Shown: one piece after another, positions 13,601-25,800 of the stretch | Layout: every line of letters starts with the position of its first letter | Position numbering within the stretch: the first letter of the stretch is position 1 | Assembly: GCF_006345805.1 (NCBI RefSeq) | Contig: NC_042998.1 | Location: 194,866,001 to 194,930,000, forward strand | Reading direction: 5' to 3' | From: Octopus sinensis | Taxonomy: Eukaryota | DNA: 64,000 nt | Translations under genes and position numbers: made by a program | Notes under the pieces: model-generated | Told to the model about the DNA's origin: nothing | Databases searched by the model: none | The model's input: the letters and a program-made list of their open reading frames with translations, nothing else

Positions 13601-16600
13601 CATGACAGTCTGTACCAGGAATAGCTGGATATTGATGGAGTTGAGTTAAAAAGGTCGAGTTGCGTCCCCTAGACAGTCTGTGGTTTGTGTTTCTGATTCT
13701 CGACCCCATGTCAAATTTATCGATTTTTTTCAGAACTGTGGGAACTTTTCAAAATTTTCGCTGCGTTAGTTTTGAATTATGACATTGGGCTATGTGTGTG
13801 TCAAGTTTCATCAGAATCGGTTGAAAGCCGTGGTCAGGGTGAGGGTACAACCTAACAGACACGCAGACAGACAAACTGCCGTTTATATAGAAAGAGATTT
13901 ATTTGTCTATTATATGATATTAATTCTTATTGTATTTAAGAAGATGGATATTGGATTGATGTGAGACATAGGCATTAAATAGGGAAGTTCCGAGAGCCTG
14001 GAGAGAAATGTGGTGAGACTGAATTGTTGAATATGTAATGTTAAACTGTATAAAAGATACAAATGTGCTGAGTGATTGACTGTACATTAAGTATATCAAC
14101 TGAGGAACGTAGAAAAGACAACTGCACTGTTATGTGTAATGAAAACTGTTTGAGAAAGTTGAATGAAAATATGTATACGATTAGGAGAGGGAGATAGAAA
14201 GATGTAGCAAGAAGTGGGGAGTTGAGTTTTCAAGACATGAGGCCCCATAGAAAAGCTGACAAAATACTGAAACATATGGTATTATAGTATATATTTCTTT
14301 ACTACCCACAAGGGGCTAAACAACACAGAGGGGACAAACAAGGACAGACAAACGGATTATGTCGATTATATCGACTCCATTGCGTAACTGGTACTTAATT
14401 TATTGACCCTGAAAGGATGAAAGGCGACCTCAGCGGAATTTGAACTCAGAAGGTAATGGCAGACGAAATACGGCTACGCATTTCATCCGGCGTGCTAACG
14501 TTTCTGCCAGCTTGCCGCCTATGGTATTATAGTATAGCTGGCCTGTTTAGATTATTATGTGGCATGCTGTTCATTTGCTATATTATCTCTATATACAGAA
14601 ATATAAAGAGGTTCTATCTAGTTTTGTGGCTTATTTTATTAATGACTGCTTTGGAAACAGTGAGATAGATTTTTCAGATTGGGAATAGGGGTAATTAAAT
14701 AAGGTGGATTGGGTTAATGTGTTCAGGTCACTAATTGGAGGTGGAAATCGTTTTCGAGACTAAAGAATTGGTTCCAGAGTACCTTGGGAAAGTTTTTTCT
14801 TTTAAAGCCTTGGGTTCACCTGTTTCTTGAAAGTGGAAGTTAATAGATGGAAACTACAGGAAGCTTTGTCATGTGTCTGTATTTATGACTGTAATCAGTA
14901 TGCCGAGTTGCGTCCCTTTACAGAAAAAGATGACGTAGCCATTTAATCTTTATATATAAAAGTGAGGTTGTGTGCTGTCTGTCTCCTACGATTTAGATTC
15001 CTAACTACTCCCACATTTTGCGGTGCAGTTTAACCAAAACCGGGTATCTTATAGTCGTGATTCATATCGAGCCCTTCTGGGTATTATTAGCGCTCGTCTA
15101 CGATGAGTCTATGATTTAAAAAGAAATTTACCATCAATTTTTCCCATTTTTAATGCATTTTTGGCATATATAAGGGAAGTAACTCTCTAAAAATTTATTA
15201 TTAAATCTCAGAATGTTAAAAGCTACAGTAACACCCCACCCCCTTTGTGGTTAGCCATATTGAGATGGCTATTATACTTTACATCTCTAAAAAATGCTTA
15301 TATAGTTATTTCCCTTACAAACCCGAGCAACGCTGAGCGATACTGCTAGTAGAGTAATAAAGTAAATATTAGACTGAGTAATGAAATTTATATGATTGAC
15401 TCATGCCTCCGCATGGTTCAGTCCAAAGAGTGAAACTAGTAAAGTGAAACTAGGATGAAGTATAGGTTGTGAGGGATATTTCATAACAGAATTGATGGAA
15501 GGGGGAATAGGTTTAGAGAGTCTACTAGTTCTGAGGATTTTAGGGTTAGATTTATTATTTGTTTTGATGTGATTATCGAAAATTAATGCCGTTAAAATTT
15601 CTCATCTCCAATCACCCTTCTCTTCTATAATTTATTGTATAGCTGAGAAATTTCGTATTCAGGATTTCACATTGCTTTTCTTCGTTCAGTGGTCAATAAA
15701 AAAACAAGTACCAGATGTACATTGAAGTTCTAGTTAATTGACAGTAGTACCTTTAGTTACAAAATTATATTAAAAAAAAAAAAAGAATGTAAAGATTGCA
15801 AATGATTCTATTAAATTTTTTTTCAATTTAGGATCGTATCAAAGATTTGAACACTCAAGCTGACCAGTTTTTAGAAGCTGGGGTCTGGGATGTTGACAGT
15901 ATTGCCGAACGTAAGAAGACAATTAATGAAAGATACGAAAGGTAATAATGCTTTTAATAGACTAAACCTTAAATTGTTTAGTTACCTTGTTTTAAAAAAT
16001 ATCCTTTCATCTTTTCTCCTTTTTTTTTTTCATTTCAGAATTAAAGAGCTTGCTGAACAACGCCGTGTTAGGCTCAGTGAGTCTAACACCAGGCACCAGT
16101 TCATGAGAGATATTGATGATGAAGAGGCTTGGATTAAGTATGTTAATTCTTAATTTCTATTTTTGACAGAAATTATAGTTATTATTGTTGGAATTTGGAA
16201 GAAACTTAACAAAAACCATTTTCCATTCTAGAGAAAAGAAAATTCTTGTAAATTCTACTGACTATGGCCGTGATTTAACTGGGGTTCAAAACTTGAGGAA
16301 AAAACACAAACGACTTGAAGCTGAGCTGAATAGTCATGAACCAGCCATCCAGGTAATATCTTTATATTCCAGTTGACATTTCATGGGTGCTTTATATATT
16401 TTCTTTGTATCTTTTGGGATCATTATTATTTTAGATTTGAAATTGCCTTCAATTTGATACTTTTCTTTTCAGTTTGTCCAGGAAACTGGCCGACGTCTGA
16501 TTGCTGAGTCCGATATTAATGTTGCTGACATAGAAGCCCGTCTTGATGGCTTGGCACAAAGTTGGCAAGAACTAAACCAGCTATGTGTCCACAGGTCTGT

Positions 16601-19600
16601 AGCCTTTTCTGGATTTTGCAGAAATAGTCGTTGGCTTCATTATCTATTTTGCTAAAGTCAATTTTGAATTTCATTTCTTATATGGTACTTCTCAATTTTA
16701 CCTCTGGAATAGCACTTATAGAAAGTCTCTTAGTTAGATTGCCAGTTGACTAAGTTTTGCTGTCGCTTGCAGGTGGATGGGAAATAGTCTTTTGCCTGCT
16801 TCCTATACCAATTCAAGGAAGTCCCATTTTAGATCAATGGTGTCAACATGGGTACTCTCAGTAGCATGCCCTCATATTTTGTTGTCTGTATTACAGATTT
16901 AGTATGCTATCTAAATAAGATAAATATTGTTTGATGCTATAATGTACTCTTGTATAAATATATATTCTCTTTGCTTTTAACTTAATATCTGGTTTCTATT
17001 TATATTGTTGCTATTTTATAAAAGCTAACTCTAAATTGTTCATGCTACATAAAGTGGTGCATTTCCGCTTGATATCCTAAGTAATCATTGTTTCTTTTGC
17101 AGAGGTCAGAAACTAGAACAATCATATGCATTCCAACAATTTACAGCCAATGTTGAGGAGGAAGAAGCCTGGATAACTGAGAAACTACATTTGTTATCTG
17201 GTGGAGATTATGGTGACACTATGGCTGCCGTACAGGTAATTTGTTTTCACAAACGTACAGAGTGATTCTTTTAGTAAAATTTTGATTGGAAAGAGTAAGA
17301 ATTTGAAAAATAAGTTACTGTGATCGTTACCAACGTCACCTTACTATCGTTACCGACGTCGCCTTACTATCGTTACCGATGTCACCTTACTGGCACCTGT
17401 GCTAGTGGCATGTGTAAAAGGATTCGAGCGAGGTCGTTGCCAGTACCGCCTGACTGGCCCCCGTGCTGGTGGCATGTAAAAATCACCCACTACACTCTCG
17501 GAGTGGTTGGCGTTCGGAAGGGCATCCAGCTGTAGAAACTCTGCCAAATCAAGATTGGAGCCTGGTGCAGCCATCTGGTTCGCCAGACCTCAGTCAAAAT
17601 CGTCCGACCCATGATAGCATGGAAAGCGGATGTTAAACGATGATGATGACTGTGAAGACATGGTAGTTACTTGATTGACTCAGAATTTCTTACAGTGGGG
17701 ATGAGGTATTAATGAATCACCTTTTTATATGGTGAAGGTGTGGTTTTGGGCATTAAGAAAAACAAAAAATATTCCCACTTTTTTTAGAGTTTTAAATTGA
17801 TCCTTATTTAAAAATCATTTAAAAATAACTTGCGACCAGAAGATAATATAGAACAATGTAGGTGCAGGCATGGCTTTGTGGTTAAGTTTGCTTCCTAAGA
17901 GTGTGGTTTTAGGTTCAGCCCCACTGCATGGCACCTTGAGTGAGTATCTACTATAGCTTCAGGTTGACCAAAGCTTTGTGAGTGAATTTAGACAGAAACT
18001 GAAAGAAGCTTGTAGTGGGGCACGGTATGTGTAATATGTTTATGCTTGTGTCTCCTGGTCCTGACATTACACAATGGTTGTAAACAAGCATCACTATCAT
18101 ACAAGTGGCTGTTTGTTTTCAATCTTACGTGAAAACGTGTTCAGCCATAGGGAAATATTACTTTAAAACAATTGAGGTTTGGTGACAAGAAGAACCTCAA
18201 CAAATTTACAACAACAAATTGTGTCTAATTCATGCAAGCATTGAGAAGTGAACATTAAAACAATAATGGTGACTCTTAAACATGTTTTAGTGAATTTGTA
18301 TTGAGAGAGAGAATTCAGTGTTACATGCATTTGTCATTTGTAAAATACTAGTCAAATTTTATCTTAGCTTCTATATTTATATGGATTTGTCTTATATTGT
18401 TTGTAGGGTCTGCTCAAGAAACATGAGGCTTTTATCACAGACTTCCAAGTTCACAAAGACAGATGTATGGAGATTCAACGAGAGGGGCAGAATTTAATTG
18501 ATGAGGTATGAATTATTTTTATTTTTCTCTTTATATCTTGATTTGTTTATTCCAATAAGGGAGTCACTTTTGTACTGATTAAGATCCTGTTTTGTATTGC
18601 ATATCATAATTTCTGCTGGAGGCAGAATTGTTTTTGTGAATAAAATTGTTTCAACTATAGTTTTTTTTTTTTTTTTTTTTTAACAATTGATAGCATTTCG
18701 AGTAATAATAAGATAACTTTTGTTTTAAATATCATAAAAAAAATGATGCATGTGATATTTGTATTCAATATTTTATTGAATGTCTCTTCAGAACAATCAC
18801 AATGCTCCAGCCATCCAACAACGTATCAATAGTCTCCAAGAAAAGTTGGCCTCCCTTGAGAATGCTGCAGCACAGAGACACACAGGGTTGGTTGACAATT
18901 CTGCCTTCTTACAGTTTATTTGGAAGACTGATGTTGTGGAAAGCTGGATAGGTAGGTGTATATTTTTGTTTTGTTTTGGCTAATATTGGTTGGGTGGAAT
19001 CAACATACGTTTTTGACTGGAGTATTAATGCCTTGCAAATGATTTATTTCATTCCAATAAGGCTAGAGGAAAAGGAATACCTCCTCTGTAGCAAGATGCT
19101 TGTTTCTGTCTCTCTGTCATACTCTAACCTTTCATCATCTGACACAAGATCACTTCCTCCAATGTCCCCTCCCCTCTCAAGAATTCCTTGTCTTGCAAGT
19201 TGCTTGGTAACCCTGCTGGTGCTGATGCCACATAAAATGCATCCTGTCCACACTGTGAAGTGGTTGGCATTTGGAAGGGCATCCAACTGTAAAAACCATC
19301 CCAAAACACCTTGCCTGTGCTGGTGCCATGTAAAATGCACTCAGTCCACTTGGTGGGGTGATTAGTATTAGGAAGGGCATCCAGCCAAAAAAACCATGCC
19401 AAAACAGAGACAGAAACCTGGTGTAGTCTTCTACCTGACTGACTCCTGTCGAGCCATACAACCCATGCCAGGGTTGAAAGGCAGACAGTAAACAATGATG
19501 ATGATGTACATTACCAGTAGTGATTTATTTTTGAATGATGTTAAGTAAAGTCAGTCTTGGCATGATATGAGCCCAGAATGTAGACATAACTAAATACTGA

Positions 19601-22600
19601 AAGCTTTTGTGCTAATGCTTTTGTAAGCTGTATGATATTGGTGAGATTGATGTGGTTGAAGTTTGGCTTATGTGGTTGTAAATTGCAGTCTAATAGAAGG
19701 AAAGTATTCTGGAGGAATGACTTTCTGTAGAGAAAGAACTAGACATAATGGCTAGTGTAGAGTCTAGGGGAACACAGAAAGAGAATAGCAGATGTGTTGG
19801 TTGAGATTGGGTGAAGATGGAATGTAACTAGCTTGCTTTGAGAGATAGGGGATATTGTAGTAGAAAAGACAGTGAAGTGAAAGTGTGCAAGCAAGCTTGA
19901 TGACTTTCTTTTTTGATGTGGTTTCAGATTTGTATTTGTGTAGAAATTGCACTGTTTTAGATGAGGGGTCAGTAGTACGTTATGAATTTCACTTGATCTT
20001 TGTAGAGTCAGCAGTTGTTTGGAGCTCTGAAAAGGAAGGCTGGTTCTTGTGATTATAAGGCTTGTTATTTTGGTCTGATGCACTTCCATTTTTGCTACTC
20101 TATCATCTTCTGAGGAAGAAGTTAATATTAGCAATTAATACAGGTCTGAAAAAATAGTGTTGATAGTTTGTAGTTAAAAAAAATAACTGCTGCTACCAGC
20201 AAATATGGTTTTATAATATTTAATTAGAGACAATAACTGTTACTGGTTGTATAATATCAAATTAGTTACAATAGCGATTATTGGCTATATAATTAATTAC
20301 TGACAGTAGCAATTACTTGTTATATAATATTTAATAAGTGACAATAAAAATCCTGGTTTTGTATTTAATTAGTAACAATACATTCCTGGTTAAAGAAGTG
20401 TTATATTATGTGCTGTTCCTTGTAGCAAACGTTGCAAACTCCTCTGTATATGATAGTGTATTCATAGAAATGGTGTAACACAATTATAAAAGCAGTTCTG
20501 TTGAGCTATGAAGTAACTAACTGCGAATAACTGTTCTAAATTATTTAGGTGAATAATTAATAAGTGAATAACTGTTCTAATTTATTTAATTAGTGATGAA
20601 AACTGTGATTAGAATCCCATTGATATTCTAAATTATTCAAGTCATCTCTAAATGGTGCATTACTTAATTTGTGCTAATGAAAAGACAGTAATGGCAGGTG
20701 TTAAAGTGTTTGGAAGAACTTCAGTGATCCTTTATTTTTGTGTGAAGCATGTATTAAAGGTGTGTGAGAGTGAGAATATCGAGCTAAAATTTAAGAGGCA
20801 GTGTAAAAATATCAATGTCAATACAAATACTTCACCTCACTTTCTTTGATTGTCTGTCTTGGTAACCCTATGTTTATAACATTGACATAACATCACAAAC
20901 AGCACACCCTCCTTCAGAATGAGAAAATATTTCAGCTGCGATTAGTTGCTGACGCTGAGTCACCACTGACACTTCCCTTCCTACAAAACCATTAAGCCCT
21001 CCTCCAAGAGAAGATAATTTGATTGACAGGTGAACTTAAAATAACTATTCTGTCTCTCATTCTTCCCTCATTATCTACAACAGCTATTTCCAACCAACAC
21101 ACTTGGCCTTCTTGCTTTAATCATTCCTCTTATTCCCAACTCCAAACTCTATCTCTGGAATTCTCTCCCTGCTTCATATTTCCTTCATAATTTCTAACTT
21201 TCAATCAGATTGATGTCAACAGGTTAGGAATGCCTGCAAACGCCACAGGTACTCTCCTCCAAAGGCCAGATTAGAAGAACCAGTGAAGACAGAATTGAAA
21301 TGTACAGATGGAAATGGATACGACAGTGTAATTAAGAAGTTTGCTTCACACCCACATAGTTCTGGGTTCGGTCCCATTGTAGTCTTGTGCAAGTGTCCCC
21401 TACTATAGCATTGGGTTAATGAAAACATTGCAAGTGAAATTTTGTGAACAAAAACTGAATTGCTCATTGTGAGTGTGAGCACAGAATGAAAACTCATGAA
21501 GTCGAACAAAAATATCTTCTTGTTAGCAGTTCTGCCTCATTTGTGTCCCTTCACATGCAGGTCAATGAGATTAATAGAAAAAGACCAAAGTACTGTTGTA
21601 GATATAACTGACTAAAATACTTGAAGGTGCCTCAGCATGGCCTCAATCCATCTATAAAGATGAATGGGGAAGTAATGCGTATTGATAACGAGTGATGCTT
21701 TACGAATTATAGAACTAATGGTGATAAATTATTTTTTCTAATTTCAGCGGACAAAGAAACCCAAGTTCGCTCAGATGACTATGGCCGTGACCTTTCCTCT
21801 GTACAGACCCTGTTGACCAAGCAGGTAAATAGTTACATCAACATACTCAATTTATCATAAAATGTATTTTGTGGCTTCAAAAACCTACTTTTGATAATAA
21901 TAATAATGATAATGATTATGATGATGGTCATAAATAATAGTTTCATTAATACTTTTTGCAGGAAACTTTCGATGCTGGACTACAGGCTTTTGAGAAAGAA
22001 GGTATTCATACTATCACCGCCTTAAAAGAACAGCTTATTGCATCCAATCATGCTCAGACTCCGGCCATTGAGAAACGCTACAATGATGTAATTGCACGGT
22101 AGGATATTTACTTCTTCATTGATTATAGTTACTGTTATGTACTTGTTATTGCTGGGGAAGTGTGGTGTACCTGGACCCAAATGTAGATCATCATCGCTTA
22201 ATGTATGCTAGCATGGGTTGGACAATTTGACTGAGGTCTGATGAACCAGATGGCTGCGCCAGACTCCAATCTGATCTGGCAGAGTTTCTACAGCTGGATG
22301 CCCTTCCTAACGCCAGCCACTCCAAGAGTGTAGTGGGTGCTTTTATGTGCCACCGGCACGAGGGCCAGTCAGGCGGTACTGGCAACGGCCACGCTCAAAT
22401 GTTGCTTTTTATGTGCCACCTGCTCAGGAGCCAGCCCAGCGGCACTGGCAATGACCCTGCTTGAATGTTTTTTCACGTGCCACCAGTACAAGTGCCAGTA
22501 GGCAACGCAGGTAACAATCACGCTAGAGTGGTGTTTTTTAAGTGCCATCGGCACGGAGGCCAGCTTGTTGCTCTGGCAACGATCACACTCGTATGGTACT

Positions 22601-22747
22601 CTTAGTGCTCCACTAGCACGGATGCTAGTCATCGAATTTGATTTCAATTTCACTTGCCTCAACAAGTCTTCGCAAGTAGAGTTTAGTGTCCAATGAAGGA
22701 AAGGTATGTATAAGTGGGCTGGTTACACCCCTGGCATTACTGTTTCT

Positions 22748-22816
<69 letters not shown>

Positions 22817-25800
22817 CTAGCAGTATCGCCCGGCGTTGCTCAGGTTTGTAAGGGAAATAACTATAAAGCATTTTTAGAGTTATAGCCAAAAAATAGCAAA
22901 AAATGGGAAAAAAAATTATGGTAAATTTTTTTTGAGTTAAAAAAGGTGGAGTTGCGTCCCCTAGACGGTCTGTGGTTTGGGTTTCTGATTCTCGACCCCA
23001 TGTCGAATTTATCGATTTTTTTCAGAACTGGGGGAACTTTTCAAAATTTTCGCTGCGTTAGTTTTGAATTATGACATTGGGCTATGTGTGTGTCAAGTTT
23101 CATCAGAATCGGTTGAAAGCCGTGGTCAGAGTGAGGGTACGAGAAAACAGACATACAGAAAACGCACAGACAAACTGCCGTTTATATATAGAGAGATATA
23201 TGAATGTGAAGGGCTTTCTATGAAGTCTAAAATTGTGTGAATTCTTTGGCTGCAATTGTTTGTAAAAAGTTGACTAAAATATGATATAATGGAATAATTA
23301 GGTTATTATTAAGGTCTCAGTGGTATCAGCATCAAACTGATGAGAGGCCCTGTATACAGTTGCTTTGACCTGCTAGAAATAGCAGACAAACATGCATCAG
23401 GTCTATCTCTATTGTCTTTAAAAAGGGAAATACAGTGTCCAAAAAAGACAGGATGGTCATAGCTGGATAAGAGCTGACTTGGGAGCTAAACAACTGTTAT
23501 TTTAAATCACTGAGAGATTCTTTACTCTGTCAGTTATATTTGGAAACATCTATGTAATCACTGTATCCTTCTAATCATATAAATTATGTTATTAAAACAT
23601 TTTATTTTGTTAATTTTTCATTACTTTAGATTATATTTCCCTGTTTGTTGCCGCTCACCTCTTCATCTACTGCCAGTACTCCTTTCACTTGATATTCTAA
23701 AGTTTGTTGATAGTGGAAATCTACTTTTTAAATAACTAAACTCTGAGCAAACAAATATTTATAATGCCCCCCCCCCACACACACTTAAATGGTATTTTCA
23801 AGTCAAAAAGCTATGGCCAGTGTTCAGTTCTGGTTCTCTTTTGCATTATGTGAATAAGAAATTAAAATCTTTCACTGGATAGGACATTGCTGTTTTGCAG
23901 GTAATTCACTGCTGCAAGCCAACAAAATAGTTATCAGTTCCATGAACCTGATATTGCTTATAGCAATTAATTATTTCATCCATAGTCTCTGCTTAGAACT
24001 AAGTGGGTTAGACAGTCAAAAGTTATGGTCCCAACTCACGACGAATTGTCTCTTACCCCTTCAGCTTAACCTTCTTTTATTGAAGTCTCAAATATTTGTA
24101 ATTGATTAAATCGAGTCGGTAGATTTATAAATTTCCTTTATGTTGTCCTTTTCAGATGGAAGAAACTTTTGGATGATTCTGAATCCCGTAAACAAAGGTT
24201 GTTGAAACTCCAAGAGCAGTACCGCAAAATTGAAGACCTCTACCTTAATTTCGCTAAGAAGGCTTCAGCTTTTAACAGTTGGTTTGAGAATGCTGAAGAA
24301 GATCTCACTGATCCTGTCAGGTGTAATTCAGTAGAAGAAATTAAGGTAAATATAGCTAGCCAGATTTTCTTCCTGTTATGAATGATTTGAGAATAATTTA
24401 ATATGATCTTTAAACTTGAGTTTATTAGTGCCGTAAAATTCATTTAGTTGTATGGTAATATGTATTTCTATATGTTTGACAAATTGCTATTTGTGTAGGC
24501 CCTGAGGGAAGCACATGACCAATTCAAAGCATCATTAAGTGCTGCTCAGGCTGATTTTAACCAACTCGCCAGTCTGGACAAACAAATAAAGAGTTTTAAT
24601 GTTGGCCCTAACCCTTATACATGGTTCAACATGGATGCATTGGAAGACACTTGGAGAAACCTACAGAAAATCATTAAGGTACAGTATTTCTAGTCACATA
24701 TTTATTTTTGTTCTGTGGTGTATTAGACCTTGTTGTCTTTAACCCTTTCGTTACTGTATTTATTTTGAGATGCTCTGTGTTTCTTTCAGTTACTTTAAAT
24801 ATAACAAAGAATTTAGTAAAATTATTTAGTTATCATTAAGCTAGTGTTGGGAACATAAATTGTGACTAAAGTTTAGTGGAAGATTTTAATTCAAAACTCA
24901 TGAAAACAAGACATTTGTACACAGAGCCAAAGCCGGTTTCAGCTGGGTTGGTAACGAAAGGGTTAAGTGCTGTCTGATGTTTATCAATTTTGTTTCACAC
25001 CATCACATATGTTTATCAAATTCATTGTTCTATAACTTGTTTACAGGAACGTGATGGTGAGCTGAACCGAGAACAACAAAGACAAGAAGAGAATGATCAA
25101 CTTCGTAAACAATTTGCTCAAGCTGCTAATGCTTTCCATTCTTGGCTGACTGAGACAAGGTCTGTATTCATCTGCTGCTGAGTAATAATTCCACTTCTAT
25201 ATTACATACCTTCAGCTGAATTTATGCTAGAGATTTCTTTATCAAAGATATTAAATCTATCTTACTAAGAAGTACAGTATATTTTTTGTGTTCATTAAAA
25301 CATTCCAGATTATTTCTTTAGCTATCATTTTCCAGTAAACTTTATGTATGAAAATTTTATTGGAAGTTAAAATATATGATTCAGATATGGAGTATTGTTT
25401 TCACATAGTTAATGTTTAAATGATTTAATGTTTTGAGTTTTTGCTGTTTAATTGATATATTTTTTATCTTTTCTTTTTTCTACAACTTTTGTTTTCTATT
25501 GTACCTGGTACTTCTACTCTACTACTTGCTGTGAATTCAGACTCTGGCTTTTGGATGGGTTATTACAGTTTTTTTCCTTTTTAGCATGATGCCTCATTTG
25601 GCCCACTGATAAGACAGATCAGTGTGTTTATTTGCCTACTTAGTCCTGAGGATGGTGCTTACCCCTAACATGTTGCAATGCCTCTTTAATACCTTATCTT
25701 ACATTAGGTCCTATTTAAATTTCTCGAGGCATGTTAGCAACTAATCCAGTAATCCATGTATTGGTTCCCTCAAATTAATCTAGTACACATCGTTAATAAA

